A stretch of DNA of 64,000 nucleotides from Candidatus Borrarchaeum weybense (GTDB lineage: Archaea > Asgardarchaeota > Sifarchaeia > Borrarchaeales > Borrarchaeaceae). The stretch spans positions 587,685 to 651,684 of the forward strand of contig JAHQJS010000007.1 in the NCBI GenBank assembly GCA_019057385.1, read 5' to 3'. Under the pieces are notes generated by a model. That model searched no databases and had not been told where the DNA came from. It worked only from the letters and a program-made list of their open reading frames with translations. The translations under genes were made by a program, and so were the position numbers. The stretch's first letter is position 1. Each line of letters starts with the position of its first letter. Below, piece by piece: positions 1-8,870 of this stretch.

Positions 1-279
1 GAAGAGGAAGAAGAGGAAGAAAAAGAAGAAGAAGAGACAGAAGTAACAGAAAAAGAGGAAGAGACAGAGGTAACAGAAGTAAGGCGAAATATGGAAGAAG
101 AAGAGGCGAGATGGAGAAGAAGAAGAGCAGAAGAGGCAAGAAGAAGAAGAGAAGAAGAAGCTGCAAAAAAGGTTAAGGAAGAAATAACAGAAAAAGTAGA
201 AACTGATACCGAAGAAGAATCATCATTAACTGAGTCAGTTGAATTTAAAGAAAAGATAGATGAAGCTTTGGTAGAATAA
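1..279 (+). CDS. 3' end of a Glu/Arg-rich low-complexity protein (5' partial)
   Basis: Open GAA-rich frame from base 1 to stop at 277-279; the ATG at 91 is probably internal. Confidence 0.6.
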   Translation, partial: EEEEEEEKEEEETEVTEKEEETEVTEVRRNMEEEEARWRRRRAEEARRRREEEAAKKVKEEITEKVETDTEEESSLTESVEFKEKIDEALVE

Positions 280-336
280 GAAAAACTGAGCCCCAAAAAA
301 GTCTTTTAAGACCTCTTGAGAGGTTCTATTCTTTTT

Positions 337-1824
337 TTATGTGGCATGATACACCTTTTTGAGTGTTTGCCATTGTCCATAATATCGCTGTTTTTTATCT
401 TTGTAGAGATCCGCTAGGTTTGGATCTGGATCAACTTTTTCCTGATAACGTATTAATTTTTCTAAATCTTGCGGAGATTTATACAGTTTTAATTGAAGAA
501 GGGCAGGCATTAGAGCACCAATATTTGGTGTTTTTTCTTTAACAATACGTATTGGCTTTTCGTATATAGAGGCTCTAAGTTTATTCCAGAATGGCCATTT
601 GGTTGATTTAGCTAGTATCTTTACTTCAGAGATAGGTTCAAAGAGTTCTTCAAAGATTTTAATGTATATGGATTCCGTAAGTGTCATACCAGCGATTAGA
701 CCTCTTATAAGATTGCCTCGTGCTTGTTGAGATTCTGAATCAGCTGGCCACATATTTAGAAACGCAGCACCCATTTGCGGATCATCAAAAGGACTTCGAT
801 CACCTTGAGGAAAGAATAAGCATTCATTTTCCGGTGAATCATATTTTTCGGCTAAAGGAATAGCTTCTTCTAAAGGTAATCCAATAATTTGTTCTATAAA
901 CCAACGAAAGAAAGTACCTGCAGCACCTGTAGCTGATCCTGCTAGATATCCTTTAATTGGATGACGATGATAGTATATGGCGGGATGTATTGGTAAATCC
1001 TCTTTTTCTTCGACAACGATTTTTGGAACGGTTGTGCTTCCAACATTAATTCCTGTATCATTGGGATGCAATAAACCCATTGTTAAAGATCCTGCAGTCC
1101 CGTCAGTCATACCCTGACAGATTGTCGCATTTGAAATACCCAATTTTTCTGCAAGTTCACTTTCTGCAACACCCATGGGAGTTCCTGGAGCGACAATTTG
1201 TGGCAGTAAAAAGTCAGAAGCAATTTTTGCCTCTTCAAATATTGAGTGAATCCATTCAGGGCGGGATTTTGTAATATCTGCACCTAACTTCAAACTATTT
1301 GTCCAATCTGTTTGAATATTATCTGTCCATGTCTTGTTCTTTTTCATTAAAAGTGTATATAGAAGCCATGTTGTTGATGGTATTATCCAATAAACGTTTT
1401 GAAATACTTGGGGATTTTCCTGTTTCAATTCCATGATCTTTGGAAGGGGAGAAGTGGTTGAGATTTTACTTCCACCATTTATGAGTTCCTTTATAGATTC
1501 ACTTTCATACAATCTAGCTACTGTTTCCTTTTTCGCTTTTTCGAAATACATAAGTGGCGGGAAGAGTGGTTCACCATATTTATCAACAAAAATTACTGAA
1601 CCTGAGGTTCCATCAACGGTAAGAATTTTCTTTTCAGAGGGAACGTTCTTCAGTAATTCAGTTGGGAAAATGCTAATTAGAGAAGTAAGCCAATTATTTG
1701 TTGTTTGTTCTTTAATCTCTGTTTCCTTAGCAGCTATAATATTTCCATCTAGATCATAAACTGCAACTCGTAAACCAGAAGTACCTAGTTCTATACCTAT
1801 CAAATGTACATCTGTATCATCCAA
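337..1824 (-). CDS. FGGY-family carbohydrate kinase (xylulokinase-like)
   Basis: N-terminal GIELGTSGLR phosphate motif, TDWTNSLKLG, GMTDG, GDRSPF; TTG start with upstream GAGGTG RBS. Confidence 0.85.
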   Translation of the reverse strand: MDDTDVHLIGIELGTSGLRVAVYDLDGNIIAAKETEIKEQTTNNWLTSLISIFPTELLKNVPSEKKILTVDGTSGSVIFVDKYGEPLFPPLMYFEKAKKETVARLYESESIKELINGGSKISTTSPLPKIMELKQENPQVFQNVYWIIPSTTWLLYTLLMKKNKTWTDNIQTDWTNSLKLGADITKSRPEWIHSIFEEAKIASDFLLPQIVAPGTPMGVAESELAEKLGISNATICQGMTDGTAGSLTMGLLHPNDTGINVGSTTVPKIVVEEKEDLPIHPAIYYHRHPIKGYLAGSATGAAGTFFRWFIEQIIGLPLEEAIPLAEKYDSPENECLFFPQGDRSPFDDPQMGAAFLNMWPADSESQQARGNLIRGLIAGMTLTESIYIKIFEELFEPISEVKILAKSTKWPFWNKLRASIYEKPIRIVKEKTPNIGALMPALLQLKLYKSPQDLEKLIRYQEKVDPDPNLADLYKDKKQRYYGQWQTLKKVYHAT

Positions 1825-2115
1825 AACAATTCCACCTCAAAAATAATGATTGATATAAAATTAAGCAATTTAGTGTGATTTAAAGAAATAAAATGGAAAG
1901 TGTTACTTGTTTATTCAACTCCGTATTTGAAGTTGCTAAGCTAAGTTTTTTTAAATTTATCCCTCAAAACATGGACTTTTACCTATTTAATTAATTTGAA
2001 GAATGATATAACTGAAGGATTATTTCTATTTCTGTATTTCTAATGCAAAAATTACTCGAAGCGATTATTTTAATTAAAAAAGGCAATAATCAGTTCAATT
2101 CAAACAGAAACGAAT

Positions 2116-3069
2116 TCAAATCGTGATGTTAGTCCCTGTTTCTCCTTTAATTGCTTCGCCTATTTTTTCAACAGAAGTAATAATTACTTGTTTACCTCCT
2201 GTTAATAAATAACGAATTGCTGCCGTGACTTTTGGTGCCATTGAACCAGGCAAGAAATGACCCTCTGCTAAATACTTCTCTGCCTCTTTAACATTCATAG
2301 AATCTAACCATTGTTGATTCGATTTTCCAAAGTTTAATGCAACTTTTTCTACATTGGTCGCAATAAGAAAAAGATCGGCTTTCATTTTTTGTGCTAGTAG
2401 ACCTGAAGCTAGATCTTTGTCAATTACTGCGTGATCGACACCTCGTAAGAGTCCAGTTTCCTTATCCCTTGTGACAGGAATTCCTCCACCCCCAACGCAA
2501 ATCGTTATCACTCCTTCTTTGTCTTCGAAAAGTTTTGTAATAATATCTATTTCAACAATTTCTATAGGTTCAGGTGAGGCAACAACACGTCTCCAAGTTC
2601 CCTTCGCATCCTCTTTCATTATCCATTTCTCTCGTTCCATTAACTTTTGAGCTGTTTCTTTATCATAGCGACTACCAATTGGCTTAGAGGGATTCTCAAA
2701 AGCAGGATCGTTTTCATTTACTACAACTTGTGTTAAAACTGTAACTATCTTTTTGTGTGGACAAGAGCATGTGATCATACAACTGTTTAATGTTTGTTGA
2801 AGAATATAACCAATCAAACCTTGGCTTTCAGCTCCACATACATCAAGAGGAAGTGGATACACTTCAGGACTTGATAATTCGACACGACGCAGAATATGAC
2901 CGATTTGTGGTCCGTTACCATGAGTTAAAGCAATGTTCCAACCCTCAGTAATCATTCCTACTATGTGAGTACAAGTTCTTTTTGCTACTTCAAATTGCTC
3001 CTCAACTGTCCCTTTCTGGCCTTCTTCAATTAACGCATTTCCTCCTATAGCTAGAACTGCTTTTTTCAA
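2116..3069 (-). CDS. arcC: carbamate kinase
   Basis: AIGGNAL, THGNGPQIG, NPSKPIG, WRRVVASPEP, GGGGIPV, VIDKD, GSMAPKV motifs. Confidence 0.95.
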   Translation of the reverse strand: MKKAVLAIGGNALIEEGQKGTVEEQFEVAKRTCTHIVGMITEGWNIALTHGNGPQIGHILRRVELSSPEVYPLPLDVCGAESQGLIGYILQQTLNSCMITCSCPHKKIVTVLTQVVVNENDPAFENPSKPIGSRYDKETAQKLMEREKWIMKEDAKGTWRRVVASPEPIEIVEIDIITKLFEDKEGVITICVGGGGIPVTRDKETGLLRGVDHAVIDKDLASGLLAQKMKADLFLIATNVEKVALNFGKSNQQWLDSMNVKEAEKYLAEGHFLPGSMAPKVTAAIRYLLTGGKQVIITSVEKIGEAIKGETGTNITI

Positions 3070-3104
3070 AATTATCCCCTCTACATAAGGGAAAACATAT
3101 AAAG

Positions 3105-4462
3105 TTAGCGTAAGTCCATTTTGATTATAAATCCGGATAGAATTTCTCTAAGTGTTGGTCCTCTGATCTCTTCCAGTTCGTATCTAACGCGAGTCATGGG
3201 TTTTTTACAACTGATGAGCCTTGTTAAATCAATTGGTGTGCCAATCACAACAGCATCACATTCTGCATTACATATAGTTACTTCTAATTCCTGAATTTGG
3301 TGCTCTCCATATCCCATCGCAGGCAAAATTTGATCAAGATGTGTGTATTTTTTATACACTTCTTTAATTGAACCAACGGCAAACGGACGTGGATCTATGA
3401 TTTCAGCGTTGAGGTTTTTCGCTGCTATCGCTCCGGCTCCGTATGACATTTGACCATGAGTTAGTGTTGGCCCATCTTCTATCACTAAAACTCGTTTTCC
3501 TTGAATCAAAGAAGGTTGATCAACGGTAATAGGGGAAGCTGCTTCTATTACTTTAGCCGATGGATTAACACGTTTTATATTCTCTTTGATTATCTTAACT
3601 CCATCTTTCGGGGCAGTATTAACCTTATTTATGATAATAACATCCGCCATCCGAAAATTAGTTTCTCCTGGATAATAACTCAATTCATGACCAGGTCTGT
3701 GAGCATCAGCAACGCAAATACTAAGATCTGAGTGGTAAAAAGAAAAATCATTGTTTCCTCCATCCCATACAATCAGATCACCAGATTTTTCAGCCTCTTC
3801 GAGGATACATTGATAATCTACTCCTGCAAAAACCGTAAATCCGTTCGCAATATGTGGTTCATATTCCTCTCTTTCTTCTATCGTTGTCTCATATTTATCC
3901 AAATCTTCGAAAGTTTCGAATTTTTGGCATTTTTCTTTTATTAAATTGCCATATGGCATGGGATGTCGAATAATACTAACTTTTATATTAAAATCTCTAA
4001 GAATCTTTGTTACCCGTCTAGTACAAGGAGATTTGCCAGCGCCTGTTCTTACTGCTACTATAGAAATGACTGGCTTACTTGACTTCAACATGGTCGTCTT
4101 TGGTCCCATTAGGCGAAAATCAGCGCCTCCAGCTAAGACTAGACTTGCTTTGTGCATAACATCTTCAAACGCGAGATCAGAATATGCAAGTATAACTTGA
4201 TCTATATTATATTCTTTAATAAGTTCTATTAGCCGTTCTTCAGAATATATTGGAATGCCTTGAGGATACAGATGCCCTGCAAGTTCAGGAGGATACCTTC
4301 TTTCTTCAATACCAGGTATTTGTGCTGCAGTAAATGCAAAGACCTTATAGACTTCATTATCTTTGAAATAGGCGTTAAAATTGTGGAATTCGTGGGTTAT
4401 TAAAACTAATAAAACCTATCACGTCCAGCTGCGCCCATAATCAATATCTTTATCTTTTTCAA
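3105..4462 (-). CDS. arcE: COG2403 P-loop protein (arginine synthetase ArcE / cyclic 2,3-diphosphoglycerate synthetase-like), two exons 4462-4418 and 4388-3105, 442 aa after splicing
   Basis: AVRTGAGKS, RHPMPYG, TIEEREEYEPH, WDGGNND, EDGPTLTHG, LPAMGY; N-terminal MKKIKILIMGAAGRD|FHNFN is restored by removing 4389-4417; TTG start with GGAGGTG RBS; adjacent to carbamate kinase. Confidence 0.8.
4389..4417 (-). other. 29-nt bulge-helix-bulge (BHB) mRNA intron
   Basis: Sense RNA UGGA-CGUG-AU^A-GGUUUUAUUAGUUUUAAUAACC-CACG-AA^U-UCCA: 4-bp central helix CGUG/CACG, two 3-nt bulges, flanking helices; canonical cuts give CGU GAU UUC CAC (R-D-F-H). Confidence 0.85.
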
Positions 4463-4551
4463 AGACTCATGCACCTCCAAATTAAGGTTATCAATCCTCC
4501 GCAAGAAGAAACCTCAACATCTTGGGAGGTCTTCTAGCATTAACAGATAAA

Positions 4552-4824
4552 TCAGTCTTCTGCTATTGTTACCAACTGTTTATCTTTTATTATTTCAACT
4601 CGTCTCTTTGTTTTTGTTATTTGGCTCACATGAATGATTCCTTCGATTTCTAATCGCATTAGTTCCTTGTTTATCCGATCTAATGATGAATTCTTATCAG
4701 CTCTTTGAACTAAAGTAACTAGATCCGTATCTAATATAACGCCCTGTCTCTTAGAAACTGCATTTAGGATTAGATTTCGTAACGGAATTGCGTTCCACAT
4801 GTTTTTTGTTGATATCTTTATCAC
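4552..4824 (-). CDS. small winged-helix protein
   Basis: 90 aa; INKELMRLEIEGIIHVSQITKTKRRVE resembles a wHTH recognition helix plus wing. Confidence 0.6.
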   Translation of the reverse strand: MIKISTKNMWNAIPLRNLILNAVSKRQGVILDTDLVTLVQRADKNSSLDRINKELMRLEIEGIIHVSQITKTKRRVEIIKDKQLVTIAED

Positions 4825-5094
4825 CCCAGAACAGCTAACGTAGACGAAAAAATTCTGCTTTTCTGTTAATTAAATAGAATTTAACTATCTATATTTCTGT
4901 AAATACATCCAATATTAATTCCTTAAAAAGTATAGCGAATTTCTAACTGAGGAGTATTACTATTTTAAGTTATAATCAGTTATCTTATAAGTTTAGTGTT
5001 TTTGAACTTCATTATTGTTTCCTATTCCTTTTTTTATAATCAATTCACAAGAAGACTCCGTCAACTTAATGGGAAGATGAACTGAAGTATAGTG

Positions 5095-5130
5095 TTTCAC
5101 TTTCACACAGGTCTCCCTACACTTAAATTA
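5095..5130 (+). promoter_or_regulatory. TTTCACTTTCA element + CTCCCTAC + TATA-like box upstream of the recombinase
   Basis: TTTCACTTTCACACAGGTCTCCCTACACTTAAAT; similar copies at 13983 and 17852. Confidence 0.65.
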
Positions 5131-5217
5131 CGTAACACATTACTTAAGCGTGGAGTATGCCGAATTGTTTGGCTTGGTATGGGGAACCTAAACAAAATGC
5201 GCTACCGATGAATAGAA

Positions 5218-6540
5218 ATGACTAAAAAACTTTCTGATGAATATATTAAGCAACAAGCAGAAGAACTTAAGAAACACATAGAAAAAACAGGAAAAGTTCC
5301 AACAGCAAGAGAACTTGGAAAACTTGGATTCTCAAGAAAAGGTTTAGTACGCTATTATGGTAGCTATAATAAATTAATCGAAAAACTTGGATTCCAACCA
5401 AATAAAAGATCATATACAAAGAAAGATTTACTGCAATTCTTAAGGAATTACAAAGAAAGAACAGGAAACATACCTTTAACTTTAGTATTTCATTCAAACA
5501 AAGATTATCCTTCTCCAACAATATATAGAAGGGAATTTGGATCGTGGAATGCCGCCTTAAGAGAAGCGGGGCTTGAAACAAACCTTGAATATCATGTTAG
5601 CGATGAATTAATTGAACAATATATCAATGATAGGAAAGATCTTTTGACAGATAGTACTATCCGATGTTATTATGCCACACTTTCAGATCTCTATGCATTC
5701 TTAAGATCAAAGGCTAAAAGTTGGGATGATTTAGACACAATTATTATCGCCGAGTATTTTTTTTATTTAAAGAAGAATGGTAGTTACTCTAAAAGAAATA
5801 ATAGAGCTCGACCGAATCGTGCGCAAGCCCTGAAGTCTCGAGCAATTCATATATCCGCATTTTTAACGTGGATTGAAAAATGGTGTAAGAGAAAAAAGAT
5901 AGATCCATATATAATAGATCCTAGTGAGATTGAAGAGATTAAAGCCTTATTAAAACGTCCCAATATAGTTCCAAAAACAGAAGAATCAACAAGACGCGCT
6001 TTGTCAGAAGAACAGCTAGAAATTATTCGACAGTCAATTGATGTATCAATTGACAGAAATATTTTTGACCTAGGATTAAATCTAGGTCTTAGAGTAAACG
6101 AATACGAAAAAATCACTTTGGACATGATCGATGGCTTTGAAACTGATCATTTTATTGTTGTTACTGGAAAACGGAACAAAAGAAGGAATGTAGTTGTTAC
6201 TGAGAATATAAAAACTATGATTAGAAAACAATTACTGCTGAGAAAATTGTACCGAGTAGAACATAATTATTTCTTCTTTGATGTCGGAAAGAAAGGAGCC
6301 ATAAGATTAACAAAAAAAAGAGTTAATGAAATTTATCAAAGGTTATCAGAATCAACAGGAATATTCTTCCGACAGCATGAACTACGCTATACTATGGCGG
6401 TACTGTTTCAAAATAAGGGTGTCCGACAGCATATTATTAGTCAAAGGTTGGGTCATAAAGGTAGTTCAACACAGCGATATTCCAGAATGACACCCCTAGA
6501 ACGCTATAAAATTCTTCAAAAAAAGGTAGGTTCTATTTAA
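5218..6540 (+). CDS. tyrosine recombinase/integrase with N-terminal homing-endonuclease-associated (HNH_repeat-like) repeats
   Basis: Catalytic set GLRVNE (R), TGKRNK (K), HELR (HxxR), LGH, TQRY (Y); two N-terminal repeats ending YYGSYNKLIEKLG and EFGSWNAALREAG. Confidence 0.85.
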   Translation: MTKKLSDEYIKQQAEELKKHIEKTGKVPTARELGKLGFSRKGLVRYYGSYNKLIEKLGFQPNKRSYTKKDLLQFLRNYKERTGNIPLTLVFHSNKDYPSPTIYRREFGSWNAALREAGLETNLEYHVSDELIEQYINDRKDLLTDSTIRCYYATLSDLYAFLRSKAKSWDDLDTIIIAEYFFYLKKNGSYSKRNNRARPNRAQALKSRAIHISAFLTWIEKWCKRKKIDPYIIDPSEIEEIKALLKRPNIVPKTEESTRRALSEEQLEIIRQSIDVSIDRNIFDLGLNLGLRVNEYEKITLDMIDGFETDHFIVVTGKRNKRRNVVVTENIKTMIRKQLLLRKLYRVEHNYFFFDVGKKGAIRLTKKRVNEIYQRLSESTGIFFRQHELRYTMAVLFQNKGVRQHIISQRLGHKGSSTQRYSRMTPLERYKILQKKVGSI

Positions 6541-6699
6541 CATACTTTTTTAGAATTATTTCGAGTATTACTCTTTTGTTTGAATGGAATCTGATCAATT
6601 TCTTCACTTATCACATGCCATCATGCAGTAATTCTTTTTTTAGGATTTAATTCAATACTGAGATAGTTGTATAAGATAAGAATTCATTGCAAAATTAAA

Positions 6700-7383
6700 C
6701 TATGTGATAAGGAACCCACTGAAGTCTATCTGTGATCCATATAGCCATAGAAAAACTACACCAAATGCGATTAGTGTAATTCCACACACAATTATTATAA
6801 TCTTGTATTTTTCAATATTGATTCTATTCTTTTGTCTTGCAATAACATAGCCTAACGCACCGTAATAAATAAAATCACCGAAAAAGTGTCCGATGCCCCA
6901 AAAAACGACTCCTACTAAAGACCATGTTAAGTAGGTATAAATTAATGTAGATATACCAATTGTAAGCCACCAAATAATAACAGCAGGGTTCGATATAGTA
7001 TAAATAATTCCAGTTTTAAAACCGCCTAGGCCACCTTCTGATGGAGAAGCAAGTTCTTGCTCAATCTGTTTAAGTTTTCGCGTTTCTTGGAATGTTAGAA
7101 TCCCAAATGCAAAGAGCGAAAAACTGCTAACAAAACCAATTATGTTTAGAATCGATGAGGATGTGAAATATGAGATACTTCCTAAGCCAATAATAACAAG
7201 AGTCATAAGTACGACTTCAGTTAGAAAGTGAGACGATGCCATCTCCGCTCCGCTTTTTTCTCCCTCTTGCAGTGCTGTTTTGATTAATACGACAAACATT
7301 GGACCTGGAATCATGGCTCCTGTAAGGCAGATAACAAATCCGAGCCCAAATTGAATTAAAATCAAGAGGGGATCTAGAGCCAT
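6700..7383 (-). CDS. LysE/ArgO-family amino acid exporter
   Basis: Hydrophobic protein with GAMIPGP and TISNPAVIIWW motifs. Confidence 0.85.
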   Translation of the reverse strand: MALDPLLILIQFGLGFVICLTGAMIPGPMFVVLIKTALQEGEKSGAEMASSHFLTEVVLMTLVIIGLGSISYFTSSSILNIIGFVSSFSLFAFGILTFQETRKLKQIEQELASPSEGGLGGFKTGIIYTISNPAVIIWWLTIGISTLIYTYLTWSLVGVVFWGIGHFFGDFIYYGALGYVIARQKNRINIEKYKIIIIVCGITLIAFGVVFLWLYGSQIDFSGFLIT

Positions 7384-7658
7384 AATAGTACTTCCACTTT
7401 TTTCTTTGTTAATTCAAAGAAATAAAGAGAGGAGTTTTATTACCCAGAATCCATGAAGCTTATAAGAATTTTGCTCATTACGCAAGATGATTAATCGACG
7501 CATAAATTGAAAATTAGTCGCCTTTCGTCAATTTTACACAATAAAATGTGATATTCTCCTTCAAAGCGCCACCAATTTTTGTCGAACATTGAGAAGAAAT
7601 ATTAACGAAAAATTTATATGTGAAATAATGATACTCTCGCAAAGACTAAGTATTACTG

Positions 7659-8870
7659 GTGGGATTGCTTTTTGCGACTAAAGATTTAAACAGAAGAGAT
7701 TCATTGGTGAAAACCTCTGAGTATACTTTTTCGATTAAATCTAATAGGGCAGTTTTAGTTTTAGAAGATGGATCTGTTTTTTCGGGCTATGGTTTCGGTG
7801 CTTTATCGAAAGAAACGTCTGGAGAATGTGTTTTTGCAACTGGAATGACAGGATATACGGAAACACTTACAGATCCTAGTTATAACGGACAAATTCTCTG
7901 CCTGACTTATCCGCTAGTTGGAAATTATGGTGTTGCTCCTTATTCAACAGTAGATGAGTTTGGTCTGCCCATTCATTTTGAATCAATAGGAATTAAGGTC
8001 AAAGGGTTAATTATCCATGAGTTATGCCATAATCCACACCATTGGGCATCTGTGAAATCATTAGATCAGTGGTTAACAGAAGAAAGCATTCCTGGAATAT
8101 ATGGAATCGATACACGTCTGTTAACAAGGAAATTACGTAAAACAGGTGTAATGTTAGGCATTCTTAAGACATACGATCGCTCAGATGAAATTGATTTTGA
8201 TGCCTTAATTGGTGCAGCACAAAAGGTTCCTGATCCAAATAAAAGAAATCTAGCTTCTGAAGTAAGTACAAGTGAACCGATTATATACAACCCTTCGGGT
8301 AAAAAAAGGATTGTTTTGATAGATGTTGGCACTAAATTAGGCATTATTCAATGTCTTTTACAACTTGGTGTCTCTGTAATTCAAGTACCGTGGAATACAC
8401 CTTTTGAAAAAATCTGGTCCTATCAACCTGATGGCGTACTCATAAGCAATGGACCTGGCGATCCAACTATTATGACAGAAACTATCAAAACTATACGTCA
8501 TGTTATTGATGAAGAGATACCTACATTTGGTATTTGTTTTGGAAATCAACTCTTAGCATTAGCCCTTGATGCATCCACATTCAAACTTAAGTACGGTCAC
8601 AGAGGTGTCAACAAACCCGTTATTAATCTCGAAACAAAGAAATGCTATATTACTACTCAAAATCACGGTTTTGCCGTCGACCCAGACTCTTTAGAGGGAA
8701 CTGGATTAAAACTGTGGTTCATTAACGCTGATGATCACACTGTTGAAGGATTAAAACACGAAACGCTTCCCGTATGTTCATTTCAAGCACATCCAGAAGC
8801 TAAGCCAGGACCTTATGATGCAGAATGGCTCTTTCAACGCTTTATAAAGATGATGGAGGTTAAGAGCTAA
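7659..8870 (+). CDS. carA: carbamoyl-phosphate synthase small subunit (true start may be GTG near 7707)
   Basis: TGMTGYTETLTDPSY, SNGPGDP, GICFGNQ, QNHGFAV, QAHPEA. Confidence 0.97.
   Translation: MGLLFATKDLNRRDSLVKTSEYTFSIKSNRAVLVLEDGSVFSGYGFGALSKETSGECVFATGMTGYTETLTDPSYNGQILCLTYPLVGNYGVAPYSTVDEFGLPIHFESIGIKVKGLIIHELCHNPHHWASVKSLDQWLTEESIPGIYGIDTRLLTRKLRKTGVMLGILKTYDRSDEIDFDALIGAAQKVPDPNKRNLASEVSTSEPIIYNPSGKKRIVLIDVGTKLGIIQCLLQLGVSVIQVPWNTPFEKIWSYQPDGVLISNGPGDPTIMTETIKTIRHVIDEEIPTFGICFGNQLLALALDASTFKLKYGHRGVNKPVINLETKKCYITTQNHGFAVDPDSLEGTGLKLWFINADDHTVEGLKHETLPVCSFQAHPEAKPGPYDAEWLFQRFIKMMEVKS

Noticed and set aside
1-200. GAA-rich tandem repeat
   Set aside because: Explained by Glu/Arg-rich coding sequence
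4157-4470. Start at ATG 4157 or 4470, or simple pseudogene, for the COG2403 gene
   Set aside because: ATG 4470 hits a stop after three codons; ATG 4157 drops the conserved N-terminus; the insertion is a precise BHB that restores frame and motif
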